The notes beneath the pieces were generated by a model. That model made no database searches. It saw only the letters and a list, made by a program, of their open reading frames with translations, and was not told the origin of the DNA. From a virus (Duplodnaviria; Caudoviricetes), in the IMG/VR virus record IMGVR_UViG_3300049174_000045, positions 1-40,907 of that record: DNA of 40,907 bases; one strand, 5' to 3'. Positions 1 to 8,684 of the stretch are shown here, in pieces. Position 1 is the stretch's first letter, and each line of letters starts with the position of its first letter. A program made the translations under genes and the position numbers.

Positions 1-85
1 CGCACTTATGACGTTTCCGGGCGCGCGGCGTTGTCACCGTGCAGAAGGTCGGCGGATCGTAATCGCACCAGCAGTCGTAACTCAT
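1..85 (-). CDS. 5' part of a Cys-rich phage protein, truncated by the window edge
   Basis: Manual translation MSYDCWCDYDPPTFCTVTTPRARKRHKC...; RBS-like AGGGA upstream; runs off position 1. Confidence 0.6.
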   Translation of the reverse strand, partial: MSYDCWCDYDPPTFCTVTTPRARKRHKC

Positions 86-147
86 TGCTAGTCCCTATTT
101 CTGGTCCGCCCTACTGCGGAGTGCGACGTCTTCATGTGCGCGAACGG

Positions 148-402
148 CTATGCTGCTTGGGTCTCATGCGCAATGGCAAGAACCGCCCGCTGTCGTGCCG
201 TGCCGCCCTTTTCGAAAGTTTTCATCCATAACGAGAGCGCGGCGCGCGCCTCTTTCTTGTCGTTGATCGAAAACTCATCAGCGAGATAAGACGCCGCGCC
301 GAACATATTCGTAACTCCGCTGTCTCGAAGTTCATCGAGGTAAGCGAAATAGAATTGAAGCTGTTCGATCCGCTTTGAGTTGGTCGTCATATTTTTCTCC
401 AT
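148..402 (-). CDS. small conserved phage hypothetical protein
   Basis: YLDELRDSGVTNMFGAASYL motif, which I recall from small phage proteins; likely start 390 after GGAG. Confidence 0.7.
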   Translation of the reverse strand: MEKNMTTNSKRIEQLQFYFAYLDELRDSGVTNMFGAASYLADEFSINDKKEARAALSLWMKTFEKGGTARQRAVLAIAHETQAA

Positions 403-414
403 CGCGTATCTCTG

Positions 415-750
415 TCAGGACCGCGGCGCGCGCCCTTCGGAAAAGTCGATGATGTCCTGTGGCACCGGCCGCTTGGACTGCCCGGCGACCTGAAGCTGCG
501 TCTTGATCGTGCGCAGTATCTCACGCGACTGCGCGGCGATGGCGTCGGCACGGTTCGGCAGGATGTTCTCGTGCCGAAGATCGGTCAGCGTCTCCCAGAG
601 CATGTCTTTGAGACTACCCGCCGTGAGCGGCCGAATGACTTGGACGGCGGTCTCGGAAGCGCGGGCGAGTGCGCGACCGCTCCGTCTTGCCCTCACGGCG
701 CCGTTGCTGGATTTTGTTGAACGTGCCGTTTGCTTGGCGGATTTGTTCAT
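415..750 (-). CDS. hypothetical protein
   Basis: AGAGGA RBS before ATG 750; in the leftward operon; overlaps the 3' end of 614..1192. Confidence 0.6.
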   Translation of the reverse strand: MNKSAKQTARSTKSSNGAVRARRSGRALARASETAVQVIRPLTAGSLKDMLWETLTDLRHENILPNRADAIAAQSREILRTIKTQLQVAGQSKRPVPQDIIDFSEGRAPRS

Positions 751-1192
751 CGGTCATCCTCTCTTTGATGGCACGGTTGAGATCGATGCAGAGCCGGGCC
801 GCCTCTGCGAATGGTCCATAGGAGATGTCATCACGTCGCTTGCGGTCGTAATCGGCCTTCCAACGCTTGTACTCTGGCTGACGGCAGTACTCGGCGTGTG
901 CCGCCGAACGCTTCTTGCGCTCTATGCGGGCCTTGTCGGGATCATAGGTCCGCATGAAGTAATCGTGTTTTTTGGCCTTCAGCACCGTTCGGTTCTTCTT
1001 GCGGTATGCCGCATCGTAGATCGCTTTGTTTAGGCGCTTGACCGATTTTGGCACATGCTTCCGCCTGGCGAGCCCGAAGCAGCGCCGATTGCAATACAAG
1101 CTTTTTCCAGTCTTGCGCGCACGGTTGACGTGTCCCGGAGATTTGTCCGTGGCCTTTCCGCAATATACGCAAGTGATCTTCATCGCCGTCAT
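614..1192 (-). CDS. basic protein with N-terminal Zn-finger (CxxC...YCxxxC)
   Basis: CVYCGK...SLYCNRRC; Arg/Lys-rich. Confidence 0.65.
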   Translation of the reverse strand: MTAMKITCVYCGKATDKSPGHVNRARKTGKSLYCNRRCFGLARRKHVPKSVKRLNKAIYDAAYRKKNRTVLKAKKHDYFMRTYDPDKARIERKKRSAAHAEYCRQPEYKRWKADYDRKRRDDISYGPFAEAARLCIDLNRAIKERMTDEQIRQANGTFNKIQQRRREGKTERSRTRPRFRDRRPSHSAAHGG

Positions 1193-1208
1193 CCTTCAGG
1201 ACCGTGCT

Positions 1209-1466
1209 TCAAGTTGCAGGGCTAAGGTCAGCTAGTGTTTCGCCTTCGAGTTCTGATCGATAACGGCACCATGCGGCCTTGAAGGCTTCGGCCTCAGAGC
1301 CATCAATCCAGATATTGTTTGCCCAAAAGTCCTGTTTGAAATCCCAGCGGGTATGCTTAGTGATAACGATCAATCCGTGCGCATTGCTCAGATCGATGTG
1401 CTGCACGTCGGCAAGCGGAACGATTACGCCTTTGCCGTTGTAGATGCTCTCGGTAACCTTTCCCAT
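1209..1466 (-). CDS. hypothetical protein
   Basis: GAGGAGG RBS before ATG 1466 (alternative start 1487). Confidence 0.65.
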   Translation of the reverse strand: MGKVTESIYNGKGVIVPLADVQHIDLSNAHGLIVITKHTRWDFKQDFWANNIWIDGSEAEAFKAAWCRYRSELEGETLADLSPAT

Positions 1467-1483
1467 TTTGTCCTCCTCAGCCG

Positions 1484-2470
1484 TCATCCCGCAGGTGCGC
1501 GTTGCTTATCGACCTCTCGCGCTGCTGGCTTATGCCGACGATCAAGCGCGCCTTTCAAAATTTTCTGCAAATCTTTTGTCAGCAAATCCCACGTAGTTTT
1601 CAGTACCTCAGTGCCATGCGTTGCTGCATCGGCAAGTATCTTATCGGCGTCGGCGACCTGATAGCTGCTGTATTGAGCCTCGGAGGCCGCCGCGTTGCGA
1701 CTCGGGGGTGAAGCGGCGGCCTCCGGCTCGCCCCGCGCTTGGTCCGCCTCTGTTTGGCGCGGGGAAATCTCGCCGCGGGCCCATTCGGCGAGCGCACGGC
1801 CTGATTGGATGCTGATCGGCTTTCCGGTCTCGATGATGTTGCTGAGTTCGGGCAGCGTGTATTTAGTGGCATTGAAATTGTGTTCGGCATCGATCCAGCC
1901 GTGCACGAACATTTCGAATAGGATGTCGTCGGCCTGCTTCGGGTCGAGCTTGGTCGAGCGCACCCACTGCACACCCTTCTGTTCCATCGGATATTTTGCG
2001 CGCATGCACACGATCACGAGTGGGATCGGCGTTTGCATGAGGCGAAGCATGAAGTGGCGCTGGTGATCGATCTTCGGCTGCTGCCAAACCAAGACGCCCT
2101 TCTTTCCGGCAGAGTCATTGGCCGCCGCCATCGCGAGCACGCCGCCAGCGCCTTCCCACTCATGCGATGCGCTGTCGATGATCAAGGCATCAAGCTTGGC
2201 GTCCTCGGCGTCGCTTATCGCTTTGCCATATTCCTGCGGTGAGAACACTTGCCGGATCGGCCGCACGAGATATTCGCCAACAGGTTCACGTCCGACGTAT
2301 GCCTCGCCGCGCCCGCCCTCGGTTTCGATCATTCCGATCTTGCCGGCCGCGCCGACATAGCCGCGCGCCAGAAGCAGCGCCGACCATGTCTTGCCGCATC
2401 CGCTTTCGGCATAGAGGCCGATCAGCGGCTTTGCTTCGACGCGCGAGGCGGGGCGGAATCCGGTGTTCAT
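1484..2470 (-). CDS. AAA_24/Sak4-like P-loop ATPase (putative ssDNA-annealing recombinase)
   Basis: Walker A AESGCGKT, IETE, Walker B LIIDSASHEWEG; adjacent to RecE-like nuclease. Confidence 0.8.
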   Translation of the reverse strand: MNTGFRPASRVEAKPLIGLYAESGCGKTWSALLLARGYVGAAGKIGMIETEGGRGEAYVGREPVGEYLVRPIRQVFSPQEYGKAISDAEDAKLDALIIDSASHEWEGAGGVLAMAAANDSAGKKGVLVWQQPKIDHQRHFMLRLMQTPIPLVIVCMRAKYPMEQKGVQWVRSTKLDPKQADDILFEMFVHGWIDAEHNFNATKYTLPELSNIIETGKPISIQSGRALAEWARGEISPRQTEADQARGEPEAAASPPSRNAAASEAQYSSYQVADADKILADAATHGTEVLKTTWDLLTKDLQKILKGALDRRHKPAAREVDKQRAPAG

Positions 2471-2472
2471 GG

Positions 2473-3384
2473 TTACCCTGCAGCGATGACGTTGACCGGC
2501 ATGCGCTCACGCGCCGCCGTGCTGATTTCGCGGTTGAGCCATTGCGCTTCCGCCCAACCGGGATACTCGGGATAGACGATCTCGGTCGGATAGCCTGGCC
2601 AGCGGTTCTGCACGATGCAGCGTTCCCAAATCTGGATCGCATGAGCCAGCTTCTTGCGGCCCATGGTCAGCACGGACTCGGGCAGCTCGCACAGCGTGAG
2701 TGCGTAGGGCTCGGTATTCTCCTGTGCCACGAACCGGAACTTGCGACGTCCGGCATTATCGGGGTCCAGCGCGTCAAGCCCGCGCTCGTGCATCGCAGCC
2801 TGAATGTCCCATCCGCCGTTGAGCATAAGCGAAGGAATCGCGTGTGGTGCGCACGACATGCCGGTTGTTTTGTAGTCGCATACCATGCGCAAGTCTGAAC
2901 GCAGCCAGTCGATCATGCTGCGAAACCAGATGCCGTTATCTTCCCAGATGATGACGGTCTCGCCGCTGCCGCCCTCACCAAACATATCGCCGAGCTGCTC
3001 TTGTGCCACGTCAACCATGTTGCGGGCGCGCACGAAATGGCGCTGAAGGATGGCGACGGTCCCGGCGCGTTCGGCATCCTCGCGGAACGCCTTGGCCTCT
3101 TTGCTGCGCCAAGCGTCGAAGTCTCCGACAGCCACATCCTTACCGCGGCCGATCAGAAGCTTGTGCGCCGCGTTACCGATCGCTTGGGCTGAGTCGTATT
3201 TGTCGACCTCGCCCTCGTCCGCGGCCTTTGCGCCGAGCCTGGGGTGCTGGTGCCATGCGTGCAGCGGCGACTGCTCGAGCAGGATCTTGGCGATCGACTG
3301 CGTCAGCGATGGCTGCGGCGCCGGGTCGGAGAAATAAACCGACGCCGGGACGTCGAAATGGATGCCTTGGCCAAGCTCAGCCAT
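2473..3384 (-). CDS. RecE/exonuclease VIII-like PD-(D/E)XK nuclease
   Basis: SLTQS..K, GNAAH, RSMIDWL...DYKTT, GWDIQAAMH, FRFVAQE motifs; start placed at MAELGQG (3384). Confidence 0.85.
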   Translation of the reverse strand: MAELGQGIHFDVPASVYFSDPAPQPSLTQSIAKILLEQSPLHAWHQHPRLGAKAADEGEVDKYDSAQAIGNAAHKLLIGRGKDVAVGDFDAWRSKEAKAFREDAERAGTVAILQRHFVRARNMVDVAQEQLGDMFGEGGSGETVIIWEDNGIWFRSMIDWLRSDLRMVCDYKTTGMSCAPHAIPSLMLNGGWDIQAAMHERGLDALDPDNAGRRKFRFVAQENTEPYALTLCELPESVLTMGRKKLAHAIQIWERCIVQNRWPGYPTEIVYPEYPGWAEAQWLNREISTAARERMPVNVIAAG

Positions 3385-3505
3385 GGAACACCGCGAACAT
3401 TGCAACGCAGAGCGCAAACAACAGCGGCGCAAGGACCAGATAGAGGACCGGATCGGGCCTCAGTTCGGTGGCGCGGACGTGCGGACCGGTTGGATTGCGT
3501 TTCAT
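3377..3505 (-). CDS. 42-aa single-TM protein (not in ORF track)
   Basis: MKRNPTGPHVRATELRPDPVLYLVLAPLLFALCVAMFAVFHG; start overlaps the upstream stop (ATGA). Confidence 0.55.
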   Translation of the reverse strand: MKRNPTGPHVRATELRPDPVLYLVLAPLLFALCVAMFAVFHG

Positions 3506-3741
3506 ATCGCTGCCCTCAGTTTGTCGAGTGCCGAGCGACCCCATAGAGGATCGCCAAGGAAAATCTGCGACAGGGTACGCGGTGCACTGAATGCTCTGTC
3601 GCGCTCGCGCAGGACTTCTAGCGGCGGCGGTTCAGTCGGATCGGCGCGATGTTCGAACCCGTTGAACCAGAACTGCGAGTACCCTCTCTTCCATAGTCTC
3701 CATTGCTCATTTTTATTTGCGTACTTACGCCCGCGAGACAC
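3502..3741 (-). CDS. hypothetical protein
   Basis: GGGAGG RBS, GTG start. Confidence 0.6.
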   Translation of the reverse strand: MSRGRKYANKNEQWRLWKRGYSQFWFNGFEHRADPTEPPPLEVLRERDRAFSAPRTLSQIFLGDPLWGRSALDKLRAAI

Positions 3742-3760
3742 GCACAGCCTCCCTAGCTTT

Positions 3761-3782
3761 GTGCCGGTCTCTCCCGGCTGTC
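3761..3782 (-). promoter_or_regulatory. GACAGCCGG-GAGAGA-CCGGC hairpin in the early leftward transcript (boxB/nut-like candidate)
   Basis: 5-bp stem with purine-rich loop in an intergenic gap. Confidence 0.35.
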
Positions 3783-3879
3783 CCTCGTATTCATGACCGC
3801 GCGGTCAACCGATTCCGGTTCTAGAGGCGCGCGGCTTGTGCGAGTGAACATCCCGGTTCAACGGGCACCGCACGGAATT

Positions 3880-4206
3880 TCAGGCAGCGGCAAATGTCGG
3901 ATCATAGGCCCGTGGAATTGCTGCATCGCATTGCGCCGTCACCCAATCGTAGAGCGCAGGGTGCGGGCGCGTGTGGTCGTGGTCGAACATCGCATTGATG
4001 CACTTGGCGCACGCGCGGGCGATATCCTCGGTGACGTAGCGCGACCAGCCCTCGTCAGGGTCGTATGACACGATGTCGTCGATATGAGCCGGATCGATCT
4101 TGCCATGCATGATCGCGTCGATGACCTTGGCCTCGGCTTGCGAACCCTTCTCGCTGGTCTCGCCGATGACGAGACGCGTCGACCAGTTGATGACGTAGGT
4201 GATCAT
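3880..4206 (-). CDS. hypothetical protein
   Basis: GAGGAG RBS; ATGA coupling with the upstream gene. Confidence 0.65.
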   Translation of the reverse strand: MITYVINWSTRLVIGETSEKGSQAEAKVIDAIMHGKIDPAHIDDIVSYDPDEGWSRYVTEDIARACAKCINAMFDHDHTRPHPALYDWVTAQCDAAIPRAYDPTFAAA

Positions 4207-4622
4207 CGCGGCTCCTCCGGCGTGTCCTCCTGTGCCGCCCATGCATCGAGCGCGTCCGCCATCTCGATCGGAGTGGTCGGCGGCTTATCGCCGATGATCT
4301 CGCCCGCGATCGTTTTGAGCTCGCGATACGACAGCTTGCGGATCAGGAGCTTGATAGCCTCGATCGGCGGCTCCATCTCGGGCGGCGGATCGTCATCGGA
4401 CTGCTGCATGTATGGCTCCTCGGCTACGATCTCGACGATCGGATCGTGGATGACGTCCTGCAGATCGCTGCTCACTGCGCGTTCGATTGTGCGCAGGCTT
4501 GCTGTGTCGCGATCCTGCCGCAGCAAGAACGCGGGAACCGGGTCATTCTGATCGATGATGTGAAAGTCGTGAGGAATTTTGCGCCCGCGGGCCAGCTTCG
4601 GGGCCCAGTCTTGCAAGCTCAT
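4203..4622 (-). CDS. acidic hypothetical protein, first gene of the leftward operon
   Basis: GGAGGG RBS; directly downstream of the PL-like promoter. Confidence 0.65.
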   Translation of the reverse strand: MSLQDWAPKLARGRKIPHDFHIIDQNDPVPAFLLRQDRDTASLRTIERAVSSDLQDVIHDPIVEIVAEEPYMQQSDDDPPPEMEPPIEAIKLLIRKLSYRELKTIAGEIIGDKPPTTPIEMADALDAWAAQEDTPEEPR

Positions 4623-4652
4623 GATGCCCTCCGGTGTGATGGTCCGGAGAGA

Positions 4653-4682
4653 AAACTACGTCACGGCGCGTGACATTGTCAA
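4653..4682 (-). promoter_or_regulatory. PL-like sigma70 promoter with operator in the spacer
   Basis: TTGACA-N18-TAGTTT; spacer contains palindrome GTCAC-GGCGC-GTGAC (4660-4674). Confidence 0.75.
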
Positions 4683-4736
4683 GGGAGGTAGTCACAATTT
4701 GTGATAATCACGCGTTTGTGATCACGCAAATGTGGC
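4660..4736. promoter_or_regulatory. OL-like operator cluster (RTCAC-N5/6-GTGRY x4)
   Basis: Sites at 4660-4674, 4691-4705, 4707-4722, 4721-4736. Confidence 0.7.
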
Positions 4737-4796
4737 TCGGTATTGGTTAACCGGCGTAAGCTATTCTGGGTGGATGGTCCTAGTGAGGGTAAAAAG

Positions 4797-4961
4797 ATGC
4801 GCAAACGCAAGCCCAAGAAGACGTCGGCTATCCGAAAGCAAGCGTTTCAAATTGCTCTACAATTGCCTGAAAACAAATCCGACGCAGACGCGGTGCTCAG
4901 CACCGCCCGCAGCCTTCATGAATGGATGAACGGAACCAGTCGCTTGCCCAAGGCCAGCTAG
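4797..4961 (+). CDS. 54-aa protein convergent with the repressor gene
   Basis: GAGGG RBS; MRKRKPKK...AFQIALQLPE; stop overlaps the repressor stop (CTAG). Confidence 0.55.
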   Translation: MRKRKPKKTSAIRKQAFQIALQLPENKSDADAVLSTARSLHEWMNGTSRLPKAS

Positions 4962-5344
4962 CGGCGGGCAGCGTCTCGGGGACGACGACGCTGCCTCTGC
5001 TTGGCTTTTTCTATCAACAGCTTTTCTTGGACCCGCAAATTTTCCTTGAGCTCCGAGGAAAGATAAAATTCGTTCCCGGTGTAAATCCAGTCGAGCGAGG
5101 CTCCGCTGATCTGACAAAGACTTAGCGCCACCGAAACGGTGATGACGCGCTCGGGATCAGACGCCTCATAGTTCGCAAGCTGTGACCGGCCGATCTCGAG
5201 CCGATCAGCCAGGGATTCCTGGGTATGTCCTAGGACTTTCCTCAATAATACCAGACGCTTGCTGATCTTCTCAGCGGTCGCTGGGTTGGAAAATCCGCGC
5301 GGCATGGCGGCCGCAGTGTCTACATACGCAAACATTTCCACCAC
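4958..5344 (-). CDS. CI-like XRE-family HTH repressor (no peptidase S24 domain)
   Basis: RLVLLRKVLGHTQESLADRLEIGRSQLANYE...SLDWIYTG; divergent from a cro-like gene; true start may be 5335 or 5306. Confidence 0.85.
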   Translation of the reverse strand: MVEMFAYVDTAAAMPRGFSNPATAEKISKRLVLLRKVLGHTQESLADRLEIGRSQLANYEASDPERVITVSVALSLCQISGASLDWIYTGNEFYLSSELKENLRVQEKLLIEKAKQRQRRRPRDAARR

Positions 5345-5396
5345 TCACATACTGTGACGCCTTGCATCAAGTCACGACGCGTGGCAAAAAGCAACC
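5345..5396 (+). promoter_or_regulatory. OR/PR-like region
   Basis: TCAC-ATACT-GTGAC (5345-5358) and GTCAC-GACGC-GTGGC (5371-5385); TTGCAT at 5362, 35 nt before the cro ATG; no SD, so cro may be leaderless. Confidence 0.7.
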
Positions 5397-5618
5397 ATGC
5401 CGAAGCGAAAAACACTTACCACCGTGCGCGAGGTCCTGGCGATCGTCGGCGAGGATCGGGCGCGCAAAATCGCTGGCGCCAAGGCCCGGACCGCGCCCGG
5501 AACATGGGCCTGGCGCCGCAAGTTCCCGGCCGACACCTACCTGGCGTTTGCCGCCGAGCTCAAACGGCTCGGCTATACGGCGCCGCCCTCATTGTGGGGG
5601 CAGAAGGCCGCTGCCTGA
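5397..5618 (+). CDS. Cro-like HTH regulator
   Basis: Small, divergent from the repressor; W..R..FP motif typical of Cro-like proteins. Confidence 0.75.
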   Translation: MPKRKTLTTVREVLAIVGEDRARKIAGAKARTAPGTWAWRRKFPADTYLAFAAELKRLGYTAPPSLWGQKAAA

Positions 5619-5660
5619 TTTGCGTCGCGTGTGTGCTGCCAATTGCACGGGAAACAACGC

Positions 5661-6086
5661 ATGCGCGCCAGCGCAGATATCACGACTATTGATAGACCAT
5701 TTGCTCCGCCTATCGAGTGCATGGTGGACCTGCCCTTTCCGCCGTCAACGAACCGGATATGGCGCCACGAGTCCAACAACCGTCGCAAGATGATCCACCT
5801 CAGCGCGGAATATCGCGCCTGGAAGGCACAGGCGGACGCCTGCGCGCTCGCTGATCGAGGGTGGCGCTCCAAGGCCCGGATGCCGGGACCCTTCTCGGCG
5901 GCCATCCTATTGAGCCGCAGGCACCGCGCAGGCGACGTCGATAATCGCATAAAGGCGGTGCTCGACTGGGCGCAGCGCGTCGAGCTGATCCGCAATGACA
6001 GCCTGGCCGAGGAGATCACCGCACGCTGGGTTGATCCGGGCGCCGCACCGACAGGCTGCCGGTTGATCCTGAGGTCGATCGCATGA
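5661..6086 (+). CDS. rusA: RusA-like Holliday junction resolvase
   Basis: LPFPPSTN, GDVDNRIKAVLD, IRNDS motifs; start uncertain. Confidence 0.85.
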   Translation: MRASADITTIDRPFAPPIECMVDLPFPPSTNRIWRHESNNRRKMIHLSAEYRAWKAQADACALADRGWRSKARMPGPFSAAILLSRRHRAGDVDNRIKAVLDWAQRVELIRNDSLAEEITARWVDPGAAPTGCRLILRSIA

Positions 6087-6295
6087 CCAAGCGCATGACC
6101 CTAATACCATTAAGGCTCAGGCCGGCCACCGTCGAATATCTCGATCGGATGCGCGCTGAGGGGGGTCACTCGAGCCGCGCGGCGCTGGTGCGGTCGCTGA
6201 TCGAACAGCTCGTCGCCGATGACAGGCACGAGCACGGAGAGGGATGGCAACCGATCGGACAAGTCGCCCAAAAAATTGTCGAGGAGTTGAAATGA
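6083..6295 (+). CDS. ribbon-helix-helix (CopG/Arc-like) protein
   Basis: IPLRLRPATVEYLD...SSRAALVRSLIE. Confidence 0.7.
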   Translation: MTKRMTLIPLRLRPATVEYLDRMRAEGGHSSRAALVRSLIEQLVADDRHEHGEGWQPIGQVAQKIVEELK

Positions 6296-6990
6296 CCGGG
6301 CGGTGGTGGCGCGCATATGACGAGGCGGTCGACGACCCAAAATTGGGTGGCCTGTCCGATAAGCTGCATCGCGCCTGGTTCAATCTGATGTGCGTCGCTT
6401 CAGCGAATGGAGGTGTTCTGCCGTCAATCGACGCCATCGCTTTCAAACTCCGGACATCGATCGATAAGGCTGCTGCTTGGATCAGGGCGCTGATCGAGGC
6501 CGGGCTGATCGACGAGACCGACGCGGGACTGGTTCCACACAACTGGTCGTCACGGCAGTTTACGAGTGATAAAGATCCGACCAGTAACGCACGACAGAGG
6601 CGTAAGCGTGAGCGTGACAAGGAGCGTGACGTCACGGTCGATGTCACGCGTGACATCACGGACATGTCACGGGCCCCAGAGACAGATTCAGAGACAGAAG
6701 CAGAAAGAAAGAAAGAAGAAGATGCGCCAAAAGGCGCGACGATATACGCATTCGAAAGCGGGGTAATCAAACTCAACGAACGCGATCTAACCCGTTGGAA
6801 AGCCGCTTTTTCTCACCTCGACGTACCTGCTGAATTGGTCGGTCTAACCAAATGGGCCGGCGATCAACGCGATTGGTTTTTTGCCGTTTCCGGCGCGCTC
6901 GCAAAGCGAAATCGCGATGTCGCAATGAAGAAAAATGCGACGGAAAAACCATCGGATTTCAAATGGAATGGCATCGAAGGGGTCCTATGA
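6292..6990 (+). CDS. phage replication initiator (lambda O-like position)
   Basis: WWRAYDEAVDDPKL N-terminus, HNWSSRQF, RQRRKRER, internal VT/RD repeats; upstream of helicase. Confidence 0.75.
   Translation: MTGRWWRAYDEAVDDPKLGGLSDKLHRAWFNLMCVASANGGVLPSIDAIAFKLRTSIDKAAAWIRALIEAGLIDETDAGLVPHNWSSRQFTSDKDPTSNARQRRKRERDKERDVTVDVTRDITDMSRAPETDSETEAERKKEEDAPKGATIYAFESGVIKLNERDLTRWKAAFSHLDVPAELVGLTKWAGDQRDWFFAVSGALAKRNRDVAMKKNATEKPSDFKWNGIEGVL
6607..6671. repeat. iteron-like CGTGAC/GTCACG cluster, putative origin
   Basis: Multiple direct and inverted CGTGA(C)/TCACG copies followed by an A-rich tract (about 6690-6720). Confidence 0.6.
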
Positions 6991-7814
6991 CCGACAACGT
7001 CGTTACGCTGCGGCCACCGCTGCCCAAGGGATGCTACACGCTTGCCGATCTGCCCCAACGGCCGCCGATTGACGGGGTCGCGATCTCGACCGGATGGTGG
7101 GAACTCGACGAAATCTGGCGACTCTACCCCGGCCAGTTCACGGTTGTCACCGGCATCGCGGGCTCGGGAAAATCGACGCTGATGCTCAACGTGATCACTA
7201 ACATTGCAGCGCGCGGCTACAAGTCGTTCATGTTTGTGCCGGAGAACGAACAGAGCGTGCGCGATAAGCTGCGCCGGATTTGGGGCGAGCGTCCAGGCTG
7301 GGACGACTTTTCAAGATACCTCAGTTTCGTCCAGTCGGCGGCCGAAGGATCGTTCGGCGACGAGCCGGCCGACCTGCGCAGCGTGCTCGACCATGCCGTG
7401 CAGGCGATCGAGCGCGAGCAGATCGAGGTGCTGCTGATCGATCCGTGGAACGAGCTTGAGCACCTCAAGCCGCCACAGCAACTCATGACCGACTATATCC
7501 GAGAGGCATTGATGTACCTCAAGCGGATCTGTCGATATCACGGCGCTGCGGTGATCATGGTCGCGCATCCCACCAAGGCGGTGACCGAGAACGGTGGCCG
7601 CGTGCCGGGTCTCGCCGATATCGAAGGCTCGATGAACTGGTATAACAAGTGCGACAACGGGCTGATCGTGGTGCGCGACAACGCCGCCAAGAGCACCCGC
7701 GTCATCAGCGCCAAGGTGCGCGAGCATGGTGCTGGCCGGATCGGCATCTGCCATTTCCACGTCGATCCTGACACCGACCGGTTTGCTCCGCAGCACGGAG
7801 CTGTCACGCCATGA
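6987..7814 (+). CDS. SF4 (DnaB/twinkle-like) helicase domain protein
   Basis: Walker A TGIAGSGKST, LLIDPWN, VAHPTK, DIEGSMNWYNKCDNG. Confidence 0.85.
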   Translation: MTDNVVTLRPPLPKGCYTLADLPQRPPIDGVAISTGWWELDEIWRLYPGQFTVVTGIAGSGKSTLMLNVITNIAARGYKSFMFVPENEQSVRDKLRRIWGERPGWDDFSRYLSFVQSAAEGSFGDEPADLRSVLDHAVQAIEREQIEVLLIDPWNELEHLKPPQQLMTDYIREALMYLKRICRYHGAAVIMVAHPTKAVTENGGRVPGLADIEGSMNWYNKCDNGLIVVRDNAAKSTRVISAKVREHGAGRIGICHFHVDPDTDRFAPQHGAVTP

Positions 7815-7972
7815 CGCGCAAATTCACCCATGCCGAGATCGAGGCCATGAAGGCGCGCATCGAGGGCGAACTGAAAGACCTGGAGGAAGCAAATTTCACT
7901 TACGAGATGTGGTTGCTAGATTGGCGCCGGCGCGAAGCAGAGCGTTGCGCGCGTCATGAGGCCGCCGAATGA
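7811..7972 (+). CDS. 53-aa hypothetical protein (not in ORF track)
   Basis: MTRKFTHAEIEAMKARIEGELKDLEE...; ATGA overlap with the helicase stop; GGAG RBS. Confidence 0.6.
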   Translation: MTRKFTHAEIEAMKARIEGELKDLEEANFTYEMWLLDWRRREAERCARHEAAE

Positions 7973-7984
7973 TGGCGCCGGACC

Positions 7985-8176
7985 TCAATCATCCGCCAGT
8001 ATGCCATATACACGGTACATCTCGAGCAGCCGCGCGACCGGGCCCGGAACGTCGGAGTGTCCTGCGGCGATACGTTGGCATTGGCGCAGGGAAAGCCCCA
8101 GCGCGGCCGCAGTTGCCTTACCTGACGTGGAGAGGCCTAGCGTTTTCAACGCATGTAGGTACTGTTTCTGGGTCAT
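7985..8176 (-). CDS. small HTH DNA-binding protein
   Basis: GGAGG RBS; LKTLGLS...AAALGLSLRQCQRIAAG..VPGPVARLL. Confidence 0.7.
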   Translation of the reverse strand: MTQKQYLHALKTLGLSTSGKATAAALGLSLRQCQRIAAGHSDVPGPVARLLEMYRVYGILADD

Positions 8177-8207
8177 GGCGTGGCCTCCGATCTGGAAGGA
8201 TCGCCGC

Positions 8208-8684
8208 ATGACAGCGCCGGGTCGGCAGATCGCGATCGTGCGCAGCTACGACGAACTGATCGACGCATTGCGGGCGCGTGCGCTTGAGCTCGGCGCGACC
8301 CGCGAAGCGATCGACGATGTGTCAGGCCTCCAAAAAGGCTACAGTGCCAAGGTGCTCGCGCCAGCCGCGCCCAAGGGACTGGGTCGGATCTCCATGGGGC
8401 CGATCCTCAATGCGCTGGGCGTCATGCTGGTCATGACTGAGGATGCAGACGCAATCGCCCGATACACGAAGCGTCTTGGAACCGGAAATCTGAGCTACAT
8501 GCTCAACGGCGCTAAGAATGCGCCGGTAATTTTCAAGTTCTCATTGCGGCACATGAAGAAAATAGCATCGCGAAGCGCCGCAGGCCGTATGAAAAAGATA
8601 CCGGCCTGGAAACGACGGGCTATTGCCCGGAAAGCCGCCCGCGCACGCTGGCGGTCTATACGCGCCGCTGCACAGGTTCAATAA
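8208..8684 (+). CDS. HTH-like basic protein, candidate late regulator
   Basis: LRARALELGATREAIDDVSGLQKGYSAKVL; very basic C-terminus. Confidence 0.65.
   Translation: MTAPGRQIAIVRSYDELIDALRARALELGATREAIDDVSGLQKGYSAKVLAPAAPKGLGRISMGPILNALGVMLVMTEDADAIARYTKRLGTGNLSYMLNGAKNAPVIFKFSLRHMKKIASRSAAGRMKKIPAWKRRAIARKAARARWRSIRAAAQVQ

Noticed and set aside
1617-1627. Partial motif TGCGTTGCTGC (a similar partial near 32197 on the minus strand)
   Set aside because: Lacks the GG prefix and lies inside a coding region with no correctly spaced ATG
4660-4736. CRP/FNR or LexA boxes
   Set aside because: Orientation is TCAC-N-GTGA, not TGTGA-N6-TCACA; no GTTC-N7-GTTC; better explained as phage operators
4746-4760. 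CtrA box (also TTAA near 36400)
   Set aside because: Only a half-site; no full TTAA-N7-TTAA
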